Shown one piece after another: positions 1-13,625 of a stretch of DNA of 64,000 bases. The notes under the pieces were generated by a model. The model was not told where the DNA came from. It worked only from the letters and a program-made list of their open reading frames with translations, and searched no databases. Both the position numbers and the translations under genes were made by a program. Positions within the stretch are counted from its first letter, which is position 1, and every line of letters begins with the position of its first letter. The DNA is taken from assembly GCF_006345805.1 (NCBI RefSeq), contig NC_042999.1, positions 89,962,001 to 90,026,000 of the forward strand, read 5' to 3'. This stretch comes from Octopus sinensis (Eukaryota).

Positions 1-74
1 TTGGCAAATATCTTTTCCAATAGCCTCGGGCCGATCAAGCTGAAAGAAGCCTGTCGCATAGATGTATGTAGATA

Positions 75-77
<3 letters not shown>

Positions 78-143
<66 letters not shown>
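78..143. repeat. (TG)n microsatellite
   Basis: Pure TG run. Confidence 0.95.
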
Positions 144-145
<2 letters not shown>

Positions 146-149
146 CTGT

Positions 150-345
150 GTCTGTGTTTGCCCCCTGTTATCGCTTGACAACCGATGTTAGTGTGTTCCC
201 GTAACTCAACGGTTCGGTAAAAGAAACCGATAGAATAAGTACTCGTCTTACAAAGTTCTGGAGTTAATTTCTTCGACTAAAAAACGCTTAAAGGCGGTGC
301 ATGGTTGCAGTCAAATGACTGAAACAAGAAACAGAATAAAAGAAT
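150..345 (+). mobile_element. SINE 3' part (abundant family in window)
   Basis: Motif 'cgactaa..aaggcggtgc..catgg..gcagtcaaatgactgaaaca' recurs at ~3110-3175 (+), ~21640-21715 (+), and inverted at ~2480-2525 and ~22015-22080. Confidence 0.65.
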
Positions 346-1548
346 ATATATATAATTAATAATATCAGGGTAATAAAGATTTTAGAAATTTTTACTACCA
401 GTGGCCTAGCGTATAGAAAAATTAGTCAATAGACTATATATAATTCATATAAAATACAGTGTACATTTAAACACATTAAGCGGTATCCATCATAGGTCTC
501 CCTTACGCTAGAAGGAACCGCTAAAATCCAAACCACTAATTAGGGATAAAATCTCGAAGGGAATGAAAAATAAAAACATTTACCATTTATTTCCTGGACC
601 ATGGTTTCTGACTTTTTTTTAGCAAATAAAATAATTTGCCAGGCGCCTGTTGACGAAGACTTCGCCTAGCAAATTCTATTTTTCAAAAATACTTTGAAAT
701 CGGAAAGAAATGAAAAGGAAGAATTTGGTAAGTTGAATGGTAGTCCAATTTCGAGTTAGTCTCACCTATGCGCAGAAAAATTTGAAATATTTTCCCGGAT
801 TTAATAATAACCACTCTGAAAGCGAAGTTCGTTCGCATCAATAATGTTCAATGCGTTTCTATGGCATTAATTGATGTGACATCTTTAAATGGAAAGCTTG
901 CTTGTTTATCACATGTCGTCGTCCGTGTTACACTACCAACCTCTGATCACATCCTCAAATAGATGAAACTGAGCAGATATGCAATAATGGCGATGTAAAT
1001 GATACTCTGATATGAATTATTATCAAACATCCACTGTATTGAACTTTCTTTTGTCTAACTATAAACTCACTAAACTAGGAAACTTTGTGGGAGATTAAAT
1101 CATTAACTTTTCCATTTTTTTTAATTGCTAATTAAAAATGAATATCTGATGTGCATATTTTCCAAACATTGATTATGCTCTTACTGATATATTTAACATG
1201 CCCTAACAAAGATGCAACAAAAGCAAACACAAATCTACAGCCAACTTTTTCTTACAGATGCTGATTGATTGCATGTGTTTTAAGTTTATTTTAAATGATA
1301 CTAGCGAAACCCATGGAATTTCAACAAGTTTCACTTGAGAAAAGTGAAGACTGTTGTCTTTGTGACTGTGATGGTGGAGACGACAATGAATAGCAGGCGA
1401 GATAGATAGATTGATGGATAGAGTGAAAGACAGACACACAGACAGAGAAAGGAGTGAGGAGTAGAATGGAAAATTATGACATACAATTATTCACAAATAC
1501 ACATTCATGCACACAACCACTCTCATATACACACACATATATCTACAA

Positions 1549-1675
1549 ACATACATACATACATACATACATACATACATACATACATACATACATGCAT
1601 ACATACATACATACATACATACATACATACATACATACATACATACATACATACATACATACATACATACATACA
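1549..1675. repeat. (ATAC)n microsatellite
   Basis: Tetranucleotide run; gives the spurious HTYI/MYVC ORFs. Confidence 0.95.
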
Positions 1676-1955
1676 CCTGACATAGTGATTTGGGTTAGAG
1701 AAGAGAAACTCTGTATAGTTGTAGAAATCAGCTGCCCTGCAGATGTTAACATAAAGCTAAAGATCAGTGAAAAAGAGAATATCTACGCTGAACTATCGAG
1801 AAATCTACAGTTACTCTTTCCAGATTACAAGTTTAGGTTTATACCTATAATTTTGGGGGCACTTGGATATGTGACAAACTGCCTAAATACCAATCTTGAA
1901 AAATTAGGCATCTCAAAACCAGAAAGGAGACTGTAAAACTATCCAGAAGTTTAAG
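1676..1955 (+). mobile_element. 3' fragment of an RLE-type non-LTR retrotransposon (R4/Dong/NeSL-like endonuclease)
   Basis: PDIVIW...VVEISCP...K...Y..L...PIILGALG is a PD-(D/E)xK restriction-like endonuclease C-terminus. It starts directly at a microsatellite. A similar tail occurs at ~43905-44050. Confidence 0.75.
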
Positions 1956-2819
1956 TATTCTACTATTGCCTTATTTAAAATAGTTAAATCAGAATTCCGT
2001 TAAAGAAATTAGACAATATCCGTTAATGACTTTCGGACTTAAGTTTTAAACTTCTCGGATGCAAAATCTGCAATTTTTATTTCACTTTAAATTTTTAAGA
2101 AATAGGAATTAATTAGGAATAAAGGACTTTCCTGTTACAGTACAATTGTCAGTACAGTTGTGGGTATAAGTTTATTTGTCTGCATTTAAACAGTATAATT
2201 TGTTTGCATTTGCCACCAATTTTCCAGCTTTAATAAATTGACAATGAGACCACAATATTTATACACGTCCAATGCAAACAAAATTTATTTTACAAACAAT
2301 AAAATGCGCTGCAGCATTTGCACTGTAAATGTTCTAATTCAGATATTTCTATGAGAATTGAACAAGGTGACAGACAACGGAGTTTCAGGTTTCTACTTAA
2401 GTTTACTGTGAAAATTTTGGTTTGTTTATGTAAAAAAAAAATTTCTCAAGCTGTTCTTTTTATTCTTTTATTCTCTTACTTGTTTCACTCATTTGACTGC
2501 GGCCATGCTGGAGCACCGCCTTAAAGGGATTTGAGTCGAAGAAATCGATCTCAGGATTTATTCTTTTTGAGCTTAGTACTTATTCTATCGGCTTCTCATG
2601 CCGAACCGCTAGGTTACGGAGACGTAAACTCACCAACATCGGTTGCAAAGCCGATGGTGGGTGAATCTGGTAGGCCCAAGGCTATAGTAGAAGACATTTG
2701 CCCAAGGTGCCATGTAGTGGGACCTTGGAACCCGGAACCATGTGGTTGGGAAACAATATTATTACCACACAGCCACGCCTGCGCCTTGTCTGACGACAAT
2801 GTTATAACTAAAGCATTGC

Positions 2820-3190
2820 TGTGTTGTTAAGAAGCTTGCTTTGCAACAACGGAGTTTCAGGTTCAGTCCCACTGTGCAGCACGTTGGGTGTCTTCTACTA
2901 TAGCCCTGAAACGACAAATGCATTGTGAGTGAATTTGGTAGATGGAAATTGTGTGGCGTATTACCGCACACGCGTGCGCATGTGTGTGTGTGTGTTTTAC
3001 CCTCACCGCTTGGCAAACAGTGCTGGTTTGTTTACGTCCCCATATCTTAGCGGTTCAGCAAAAATGACTGATAAAATAAGTGCTATATCTAAAGATAAGT
3101 ACTAGAGTCGATTTGTTTGACTAAACCCTTCAAAGCAGTGGCCCAGCATGGCACCAGTCCAATGACTGAAATAGGAAAAAGTTAAAAGAC
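2820..3190 (+). mobile_element. tRNA-derived SINE, degenerate
   Basis: B-box-like 'ggttcagtcccactg', followed by the shared SINE body and tail seen elsewhere in the window (similar copy ~40390-40770). Confidence 0.55.
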
Positions 3191-3428
3191 AAAACAAAGA
3201 TACACTGCTAATGAGATCAAATTGAAACTGATACCGTGTCCATAATTGTTCCCTCGCCTCCAATCGAGGATCGAGCGGTCCTTTTTCTCAATCAGGAATT
3301 TATTAACTTCTTGCAATTATCTCCTCTTTTCCTTTAGTGTTGCAAACTATTATCGCTGGATTTTTGTTTGCCTCAGAAGAAAATTTCAATAAATCACGAT
3401 TTCATTATGCACTACAATCAGAATACTC

Positions 3429-3430
<2 letters not shown>

Positions 3431-3498
<68 letters not shown>
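3431..3498. repeat. (AC)n microsatellite
   Basis: Pure AC run. Confidence 0.95.
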
Positions 3499-3500
<2 letters not shown>

Positions 3501-3641
3501 ACAAACATTTCAAAAGCAAATAGACACTCCCCATTACCCTGTTGTATTTGAGCAGGCACTACCTGGTGCTTCAAACTTGTTTATTCTATTATTAAGTCTC
3601 ATTTCAGATAACAGTAAATTCATTGTTTATAACAACTAACC

Positions 3642-4010
3642 ATGCCACGAACACCAGAAACAGAAAAGTTGTCTGATTTTCAAAGAGGGCGTATTGAAGA
3701 TCAATCTGAGTGTGGAATTGCTCAGCGTAAAATTGCACAAAACCTTGGGCTTCTTCTTGCCACAATCAGCGAAGTGACTGTACCATTCACCAGCAAAGGA
3801 AATGAATCAACTAGTACCCGTTCAGGTTAACCCTCGGGCTGTCAAGTGGTTTGTTGAAAATAATCCCCGTTTTAATGTAGCTGGTGTTGCAGAACAACTC
3901 CAACTGATTCGGAGTACTTCTATGAGTTATCTCCATCAACTTGGCTACTATGAAACAGCATCTAGAAAGAAACCACTTCTTCAACCGGCAGGTATCCTCA
4001 AAAGAAAGAG
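3642..4010 (+). pseudogene. Tc1-like transposase N-terminal fragment (frameshifted)
   Basis: KLSDFQRGRI..HTH..RSG(R)PR..VENNPR..LHQLGY..RKKPLL are typical Tc1 paired-like DNA-binding motifs. Confidence 0.7.
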
Positions 4011-4048
4011 GAAAAAAAATCTTTCAAAAATGATGGCGTCTACTTAAT

Positions 4049-4083
<35 letters not shown>

Positions 4084-4114
4084 CGCGAGAAAGAAGCAAC
4101 AAGAATGGATAGGT

Positions 4115-4205
4115 TTTTAGTACAATCGTTTCATACAAGGACAGGCTTTATTAAAAGTTGCAAAAATTACAGCATATAAACGTGTCCCGTACTCATCAGC
4201 TAAAA
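4115..4205 (-). ncRNA. Type I hammerhead ribozyme
   Basis: Inverted copy of 6290-6380. Confidence 0.75.
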
Positions 4206-6289
4206 TACATGTGAGTTCTCTAGACATCCTAGTGGTTGAGGCTATACTCATGAAGTAATGTAGATAATTAAGTAACATAAACAGATTTCCAAAGTTCATT
4301 AAAGTTCTTTAAAGATGATGTACAGTCTTATCACAGAATTTTAAAAAAGTTTTAATAGCATCACAGAGAAGGTGACCTAATCCATAGTGCACATATGAAT
4401 TTCCAGAGATATGAGGAGGGATTACATACTCACAGACGACAAATTTATCCATTGTTAATCACAACGAGGTGGGTCTCAATTCCTGCTTATTAGCATTACA
4501 GAGAGGGTGAATTAATCCTTTGTATAGATGCACAATTTCCAATGGTGTAGATGTAAATTTCCAGAGAAATGAAGAGGAATTTCATATTCACAGGCGATAA
4601 ATTTATCAATGGTTGAACACAATGAGGTAGGTATCAATTCTTGTTATATGATTAGGTATTAGCCACATTAATCACATTACTGCTATTTACAAGAGGCTGT
4701 AGCTATTTAACTTTTAAATGCTTTAGAAATTCTAAAGCATAGAAAACATAGAAACTTATTGAATAACCATATCGAACTAGGTCAAGTTTGTGTCCACGCT
4801 AAATTGAAGACTTTAAAATATTTTAAATGATTAGAATATCCGTAACTAGATAGATAGATATAACTTGATTTTTACTAGTATAGCACTGCTTTAAGTAGAT
4901 AACTAAGAGTTCTCACACTACAGTTATCTTTTTCCTTATATCTGCATCAGTTTTTTGAGAACAGGGAAATGAATAGTACTTATACGCTGCTTAATTGAGG
5001 CTTTATTTAATTTCAAACTCATAATTTTAAATCTTAATTTTAAATCTTAATTGTAATTTTTAATTTTAATTCTTAACTTAATCTAATTTAAGTAGCATAA
5101 CTTTAATAAAATAAAATGAGTTACTAAAGCCCCATAATTCTATTTCAAAATTAAATAAATAAGGCTACTCCCTCGGTGATAATATGATTATCTTCATTAT
5201 GATAGACAATTCCCTAACACCTTGTAAATGATCTTCTAAGATTTGACCTGTAGTCCGTCAATGTATGAATAATAACGGCAACTCCTTAAGACAATAAAAT
5301 GAATAAATTAAATAAATAAATTTTAATGACTTTTTGATAAGATTATACTTAGATTTTCCTAATGTATTTTCTTTTGATTTTAGCCTCTGACCCCTAAACC
5401 CCTGCCCGTGTTATCTCTTTAGATTCTCTTTAAATTCATAGCTGATTTCAACAGCAATAAATTAGCTGTTTTACTGGTCAAAGAATAATATTCTCCTCTA
5501 GTTCCTAGATGCCTGTAAATTAAAACCAGACTTGCCGTCTACTAATTCTTCTGTATAACTAGAACCCTCTTTTTTTCTTTTTCTTTTTTTTCCCTTCTTT
5601 CCCTATTTCTTTCTCTTTTCTCTTTTTTCTTTTTCTTCTTCTTATTCTCTTTTTTCTTTTCTCTTCTCTTTTAGTCCCCCTCCCCCCCCCTTTTTGCTCC
5701 CTCCTCCTTTATTTTCTCTCTTTTTTTCTCTTCCCTTCCCTTTTCTGTTCTTTGCCTCTCTAGAAAGCCCTTCAGCCTTTAAAAGTTAAATAGCTACAGC
5801 CTCTTGTAAATAGCAGTAATGTGATTAATGTGGCAAATACCTAATCATATAACAAGAATTGATACCTACCTCATTGTGTTCAACCATTGATAAATTTATC
5901 GCCTGTGAATATGAAATTCCTCTTCATTTCTCTGGAAATTTACATCTACACCATTGGAAATTGTGCATCTATACAAAGGATTAATTCACCCTCTCTGTAA
6001 TGCTAATAAGCAGGAATTGAGACCCACCTCGTTGTGATTAACAATGGATAAATTTGTCGTCTGTGAGTATGTAATCCCTCCTCATATCTCTGGAAATTCA
6101 TATGTGCACTATGGATTAGGTCACCTTCTCTGTGATGCTATTAAAACTTTTTTAAAATTCTGTGATAAGACTGTACATCATCTTAAAGAACTTTAATGAA
6201 CTTTGGAAATCTGTTTATGTTACTTAATTATCTACATTACTTCATGAGTATAGCCTCAACCACTAGGATGTCTAGAGAACTCACATGTA

Positions 6290-6380
6290 TTTTAGCTGAT
6301 GAGTACGGGACACGTTTATATGCTGTAATTTTTGCAACTTTTAATAAAGCCTGTCCTTGTATGAAACGATTGTACTAAAA
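6290..6380 (+). ncRNA. Type I hammerhead ribozyme, long stem II
   Basis: ttttag-CTGATGA-gtacgggaca...tgtccttgtat-GAAA-C gatt G-TA-ctaaaa; stem I ttttag/ctaaaa pairs fully. Confidence 0.75.
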
Positions 6381-6529
6381 ACCTATCCATTCTTGTTGCT
6401 TCTTTCTCGCTTATAATCACCCCACATTACTGTATTGTTAAAACAGTATAGTTTTTTTTGGTGCATCTAAGTTAGGTACCATATTCAAGTAAATTCATTT
6501 AAATTAACTTGAATCTTTATTGCTTTTTG

Positions 6530-6682
<153 letters not shown>

Positions 6683-7214
6683 GGTTCTCTGGGTAAATTG
6701 TCGCTATTTTATATTTTTAATTTCGCACATGCACATTGTTTGCTTTTGATTTTGTCGACTACACAGTATAGCAGGGTCAGTTGGGCACCGTCTGTGAGAA
6801 AAATACCACCATGACGCAATTCATTCTGCAGAAATTTAGAAACGACATGCTGTACTGCTTGGCATTCGCACTGGAAGCTCCAATACGAACATTTCCGAAT
6901 GTTTGGGTGTCAATCTGAGGACAGTGCAATCTGAGGACATGTGCCGAAAATGATAAAAATCAAACATTCAGTCAACATCATGCATTGTGGATGTTGTGTT
7001 GGTTTTGTTATTCTTGTTGTCTAGCCCGAATCCAGTCCTGTTCGAGCAGATTTATCTAGAACTACATTATCCAGTGTTTCCTTTTTTAAGATAGTAAGAT
7101 GCTATTTAAGTGAGATTTGGTCACTATTCTAGTAAGTTAAGCGATCACATATACGTTCCTTCGTTATCTCATCTTTATTCACTCTGATATAGACTAGAAT
7201 ACACAATATTCAGT

Positions 7215-8199
7215 GCGAGCAGTGGCGTGCCTCAAGGTTCAGTGCTTGGGCCCTTATTGTTCTTAGTCTTCATAAATGACTTGCCCGACGACCTCACGCA
7301 ACACACCCTTCTATTTGCCGACGATGTCAAACTTGTCGCTCCTCGCGGTGATATAGAGGATCTTCGTCGATGCCTCCACCAAATTTGGAGGTGGTCTAAC
7401 GAATGGGACCTGTGTCTGAACGTGTCAAAGTGCTTTCATCTGCCTGTTGGCTCTCCTCCTGCAACTCAACTTGATTTCGAGCCGGGTCGTCTGCTGCTGG
7501 AGAGGACCGATCAGGTAAAGGACCTGGGTATCTTGGTGGATTCCTCCTTTTCGCCTTCGGCCCAGTGCGTCCATGCTGATAACAAAGCACGCGGAATTCT
7601 GTTCTTGATTCGACGGTCATTCGGAATGCTCACAGCAGCCATATTCCTACCGCTCTATGTCACGCTGGTGAGACCCATATTGGAGTACGGGATTCAAGCC
7701 TCTTCTCCTTATCTCCTCAAAGACACAGCATCTCGAAAGAGTCCAGAAGCTGGCTACCCGCATGGTTCATGGTCTCAAGAATTTATCTTATGAAGAAAGG
7801 CTGAAGACGCTCGACCTTTATTCTCTAGAAAAACGCCGCCGCTGTGGTGATCTCATTCTCGCTCACATCATAAGCGGAAAGTGTAACCTCTCGAAAGAGC
7901 TGTTCTTCACTCCTGCTCCAGAGCGTCGGCTGCGGGGTCATTCCGAAAAGCTCTACCTGCGACGATTTCATCTCAATCGAAGGAGAGGAGCTTTCTCCGT
8001 CCGGGTTGCGGATCCGTGGAACAAGCTGCCAGACGAGATGGTGAAGATGCCGACGACTGCTTTGTTCAACGTCTCCCTTGAGCTCAAGTGGCCTGAACTC
8101 TTTACATGACCACCACCCTGTACATAACTCCATGTCCCCCTACATGGCCTTGCTTTTTGCTTTTGAGCCAAAAATTAACTAACTAACTAACTAACTAAC
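7215..8199 (+). mobile_element. 5'-truncated CR1/L2-clade LINE (RT C-terminal half, frameshifted)
   Basis: GVPQGSVLGPLLFLVFINDL, LFADDVKL, KDLGILVD, LVRPILEY, FSVRVADPWNKLP; (CTAA)n tail at 8176-8199. Confidence 0.9.
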
Positions 8200-8867
8200 A
8201 ATAACACACAAAATACTTGACTATATATTACAATATATGCTACAAAACAGTATGTTTTTACACATAGTATAACTCAGTACATCAAAGAATACAGTACAGT
8301 AAACAATATAATCTTTTTTATCATTCTTTGATTGGAACTTTTGAAAGCCTAAATATGAAATATTTTTTCCGCAACATTAGATAGCATTCATCACTCTCCT
8401 TATAATCTTTTGCTTCTTTGCGGGTTCTAGTTCTATGGATTGTGGCTATACAAAAGCTTCAAAAGAAATTCTGAAAGCAATCTAAGAGATCTTACTTCTA
8501 CTGTTAAGTTTCATCCATATTCGAACCCTGATTTCTGAAGTGTTTAGTAAAAATAATTTGTCCTGGAAGAAACACTAGTCTCTCCAAGTGATTTATTTCT
8601 CAGATGCCATGAATCAGCATTACTGACAGTCACATGGTTGTTCGTTACCTTACCGTATCAACACAGTACATTTATCAGTAATATACATAGCCGAAGTTCC
8701 TTTCGCAATCATGAGGTTTCGGATTCGATACCATTGCGTGGCATCATGGTCAAGAACTTAAGTTGAACCAGGATTTGCGCGTGAAATTAGGTAGACGGAA
8801 ACTGTGGAAGCTCTTTAGATAGACTGCACCTATAATTCAAAGATATCGGGCGAATTTTTTTTAAAGG

Positions 8868-10139
8868 TACGAGGGGCGTTCAATAAGTAATGCCCCTGAT
8901 CCACTTCCCATAGCAGTAGAGCAACGAAACTTGGCACAGTTATTAGTCTTTTTCTACATAGGAACAACCCAGAGTTACGCATTTCTCCCATCGTTTGATG
9001 CAGCTCTGGAGACCGTTTTCGTAGAAGACACCAGCTTGGTCCTCCAACCACGATGTGACTTCAGAAATCAAGGCTGCATCATCTGGGAAACGTTTTCCTT
9101 TAAAAAATAACTTCATGGCTGGGAAGAGGTGAAAATCAGAGGGTTCAAGGTCAGGAGAGTAGGGGGATGGGGGAAGAGTTCATAGCCGCACGCCTGTGCT
9201 TCTGATCTGGCGACACGCGAGTTGTGGACCGGAGCGTTGTCCTGCAAGAGGAGGATGCCTTTGCTGATCTTGCCCCGTCTCTTGGTTTTGATAGCTTCTC
9301 TTAATTTCCTCAAAAGTGAAGCATGATAGGCTCCTGCAATTGTGGTACCCTTTGCCAGGAAATCTGTCATCACTACTCCGTCCTGGTCCCAGAAGACTGT
9401 GAGCATGACCTTGCCAGCGGAGGGCTGCGCCCTTGCCTTCTTTGGAGGAGGTGAGTCATGGTGCTTCCACTGCATTGACTGGGCTTTGGTCTCTGGATCA
9501 TAGTGATGGACCCAGGTCTCATCCTGTGTAATCAGTCTTTTGAAACATTTTGACTCATCTTCTTGGCACATCCCTAAATTCATCCTCGAGGACTCGACGC
9601 GTTCTTGCTTCTGGAAAAGTGTGAGCAACCTGGGAATCCATCTGGCAGACACCTTTTGCATATGCAAATGGCTATGAATGATAGTTTCCACAGACCCGGT
9701 ACTAATCTTGACCTCATGGGCTATTTGGCGAATAGTTATGCGTCGATCTTTCAAAATGGCAGCCTCAACTTGACGGACAGATGCCTCATCAATGGCAGAA
9801 GGGGTGCGACCAGATCTGGGAGCTGTTTCCACAGGGTTCCGACCATGTTTGAATTCACGATGCCAGCGTTTTACAAGGTCATATGATGGGGCATCATCAC
9901 CATAAGTTACTTTCATTTCATCAAAAGTCTCCTGTGGTGTGCGTCATTTCAAATACAAAAACCAGATCACTACTCGACACTCAACAGGCTCCATTTCCCA
10001 CTTGACTCATTTCAAACACCTGTAAATCAGAAACCACAATTAGTTCGGAGCTGTAATTTGCCACGTAATCTATAAAAATACAGCTAGATCAAACAATGGC
10101 AAGTGGGTCAGAGGCATTACTTATTGAACGCCCCTCGTA
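8868..10139 (-). mobile_element. Full-length mariner DNA transposon, inactivated
   Basis: TIRs TAcgaggggcgttcaataagtaatgcc / ggcattacttattgaacgcccctcgTA with TA TSD; ~1.27 kb. Confidence 0.92.
8945..9994 (-). pseudogene. Mariner transposase with premature stop and frameshift
   Basis: WIPRLLT, TQDETWVHHYDPETK, LQDNAPVH motifs. The ATG at 9994 is followed by an in-frame TGA at ~9945, and there is a frameshift at the HPP(YSPDL) motif near 9165. Confidence 0.85.
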
Positions 10140-10218
10140 CTCGTATCTATGGAATGCTCAACCACTTGCAAGCTAATTCGGGGAGATGAGTCGCTGCTAT
10201 CACTAGATGTCTAGCGTC

Positions 10219-10263
10219 CATCATTGATGAAACCAAGGAAGGTTGAAATTACGTGATCTGATG
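10219..10263 (+). ncRNA. Hammerhead ribozyme-like motif (C3U core variant)
   Basis: catca-TTGATGA-aacc aaggaa ggtt-GAAA-tt acgt ga-TC-tgatg; all three stems pair. Confidence 0.6.
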
Positions 10264-11767
10264 ATCTCGGCGCTGGCAATGGTGTGGGTTTATATCCCCG
10301 CTAGCGATATAAACAAAAGTGCATTTTGCATCAAAACCCAATGTAAGAGTTTCTCTCATGATATCTACCGTAGAATACTCTGTTCTAACAGAACATCCAT
10401 GTTTAAATGGGGATAAATATTACCATTAATCCAATGCATTGTTGAATCAATTGATCGAATAATTGAAACTTCATCGATGAAACCGACGTAGAGTCATTTA
10501 ACATTCAGTACAGCAAAGTCCGTTCAGATGAATATACAAAATTAGGATCGACCCAAACTTTATGAGTGAAACTGAGTGTACGGAAGTTAAATAAAAACCC
10601 GACGAGTGGATTGTAACTGTGATTCAAAAGTTACAATATCGCACACTGTGTCACGGAGATGATTCTGACTGAGAATCACGATAAAGGTAGATATGTTCGT
10701 GGAATATTCAGCCTACTATTGCGTATTAATTCAATGAAAAGGGTAGTTCAGTTGATCGAATAACAATTGAACCGGATCCACCTGTGTCTGGTCTAATAAT
10801 TCATTAGTACCTGGATTAATGATCGGGTTAATGTTTAGACTGTCATCTAGAAGAGTGTCTCAAGTATCCGTTAGGATTGGTATCTCAATTAAAGTCTGGC
10901 TTAGAGACCTAAATAGGCTAACCCAGTATTTTAGCACATTTTTAACACTTACCATTTAATAATCCAAAACTCTAGCAAGACTGGTGTTTACATTGTTATA
11001 ATCACGGCCACTACGTCACTACACCACCACCCTCATTGCACTGCAACCGCCACTACCACCATCAACTTTATCACAATCAACCCCACACCACAGCAGCAGC
11101 ATCGCCATCATTCCCACCACCACTGTCGTTGTCGTCGTCATCATCATCATCATCGTAATTATTAGAATCATTATGACTCCATAGTTTTGGTAATTAATAC
11201 CAAACTTCAAATGTTTTTCCTAGCAGAAATGGCTCGTTTATTATTCGTTAATTACTAAACATTACATTCCTGTTCGACTACTTCTACAGTAACAATTGTT
11301 AAAAATATAATGAGATGTGATGTACAGCTCATTATATTTTTAACAATTGTGGTATACAATATCATTTAATTGTCATATGAAAGAAAATTAATTTCGCTAC
11401 ATTTCCAGACAGAAAAAAGTTTCCTTGTTCATATCGACGTTTATGCTAACAAAACAAAGTAACTCAATGGATAAGATATTGCAGGTCAGTGCCTTATCCA
11501 TTGTTGTTTCTGGTTTCAAGGAGTGGAGCTGGTTGTGACGTTTAAGAGCATAGCACCTTCTTTCAGATCAAACTATTTTATTCTACATTCCACAAGAATG
11601 AAACGTCAAAGAATCCAAATACTATACGCAAACTACACGTTTTTTCCTCTTACAGATACAAGTCTTCGCCTTTTAAATACAGACCATCTCTGCTGTCAAT
11701 ACCTCACTCTCTACTCAAACATCACTCTGAAAAATGTCTGTATGTATTTCCCCTCCCCTAATACTCA

Positions 11768-11828
<61 letters not shown>

Positions 11829-11949
11829 CAGTTCTTCTCTCCCATGGATATAACCAGTAAAATCTTACTGTTACTTTGAACTGATGTCTCTCCCCCTATT
11901 TTTTCCTTTGAATACCGTTGCCTTTAGTACTCTCCAAACTCTTCCTCGG

Positions 11950-13330
11950 TATCTCTTTTCTTAAATCCAGAACATCTACCCAATACCACCCTTTTTCTGA
12001 AGGCTATATTTTCGATGACTTCAGAGTTCACTACTTACCTCTACGCTATTCGACATGGTGCTGGTGGTGGTGCAAAAAGAGAAATTTTTAACAATCCTCA
12101 ACTCTCCACATCAATAAGTTTGATCTCCTATAACAGTCTATGACCAACACACAAAAATTCCAAACACTGCTTGATCTCTTTCTCACCTTCCAATACAGAT
12201 TTCAAATGCAAACCATCACCGTTACTGCATCTATTAGTTTTACCCATCCATAGCCTTATTACGACTATCCACCATGCAACCACATACTATGCAACGTCCC
12301 CACCTCCCGTAGCTGACGTTACTTCAAAATAGCTGATTTATCGGAGCTTCACAGGTTCTACTTTAACTATACCTAGCAGCGCTTGTACTTCAATCCAAAA
12401 CTGTCCCTAAAGCAAACTGCTCAGCTTAGAGACAGCTAAGCAGGTGACTGGAAACATCCTTTCAATCATGTTCTTCCACTTTGCATCCCCAAAGTCCATC
12501 CCCTCCTCACCGTGGTGGGGATGCTGGCAACAGGTAGTGTCAGAGCTATGTCGTCGGGAACTCCGGTTCCTGGTAGGGCCACCCAAGGTGGATTGGTCTG
12601 ACACCGAGTGGTATTAGGGCCACAACCCGGCATCCTCGGAGTGTCTGTTTCGGCAACCTGCGGCTCCTCGGTCGTTCTGTCCCTGCGTCTGCGGACAATC
12701 TGCAGCAAACAGGATGTCTCTACATGCGGGATTGATGGGAACCGCTTGTGAAATTCATATTCCCACGAAACTTCTTCCACTGCCATGGTCCGAGATGTCT
12801 CGAGGGTGGTGGAAGAAGCCGACTCAACCCGCCCAGAGTGAATGTCGCCACAAGTAAGTACAAGTAAGTACTTCCCACACGCATTCAAAATACAAAACCT
12901 AAAATATACCAATACACTGCAAGCTGTGCTGTAGCATAAACTAAGGACGCGGCCTACAATTCTTGAAGAAAAAACAGCGCTTACTGTCTTAAGCATGATT
13001 TGAAACAGAAAAAGAAGCTCCGTGCTTCAAATGCCCTCTCACTGTGCAAACTGTGGTCGCTTCTTCTGGTCGCTTACAAAACAGATCTCTACTGACTTTA
13101 TGCTTACTACTTGCGACTTCTCGACCATGATGGTTTCGTAAGAACTATTCCCGTCGGGAACACTTAAAATTTGCTGTCGGCTCTGCATCCACTTTACAAA
13201 GTCCAAAACACACCTTATCCATTCTACCGGACTTACTCCCAGGTACTCATACATGCTGACTGAAAAAGTGCTTCTGGTCTCTTAAACCATTAAAACCTCT
13301 AACTTTAAAGTCTCTTCTAGTACCTTCAAA
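11950..13330 (-). pseudogene. Highly decayed LINE ORF1-like remnant (PHD/SGNH esterase-like traces)
   Basis: Minus-strand DGLHL near 12200-12225 and EWIRC..W near 13200 resemble the esterase and PHD domains of CR1/RTEX ORF1; very degraded. Confidence 0.3.
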
Positions 13331-13400
13331 CAATAACCCCTGTCATCGCTAAAATCCTTACTTACTCTCTCACACACACGCTCTCTCTCTCTCTCTCTCC

Positions 13401-13442
<42 letters not shown>

Positions 13443-13579
13443 GGCCTGCTCGCTTAGCCAGTGGGGTGGCGTCATTCGAAGGCTAAAACAATGAGAATGC
13501 ATTGTGACCAGCGATGTGTAACTTCATCTGATGGACTGGTCGGTCACGTGATCACGTGATCTATCTATCTCTCTCTCTC

Positions 13580-13625
<46 letters not shown>

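Larger units (their letters stand above)
4085..6410. mobile_element. Fold-back (inverted pseudo-LTR) Penelope-like non-autonomous element
   Basis: 4085-4717 is the near-perfect reverse complement of 5778-6410 (identical 60-aa ORFs on opposite strands). Each arm carries an HHR motif. Flanked by (TA)n. A diverged homologue lies at 24178-25170. Confidence 0.75.
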
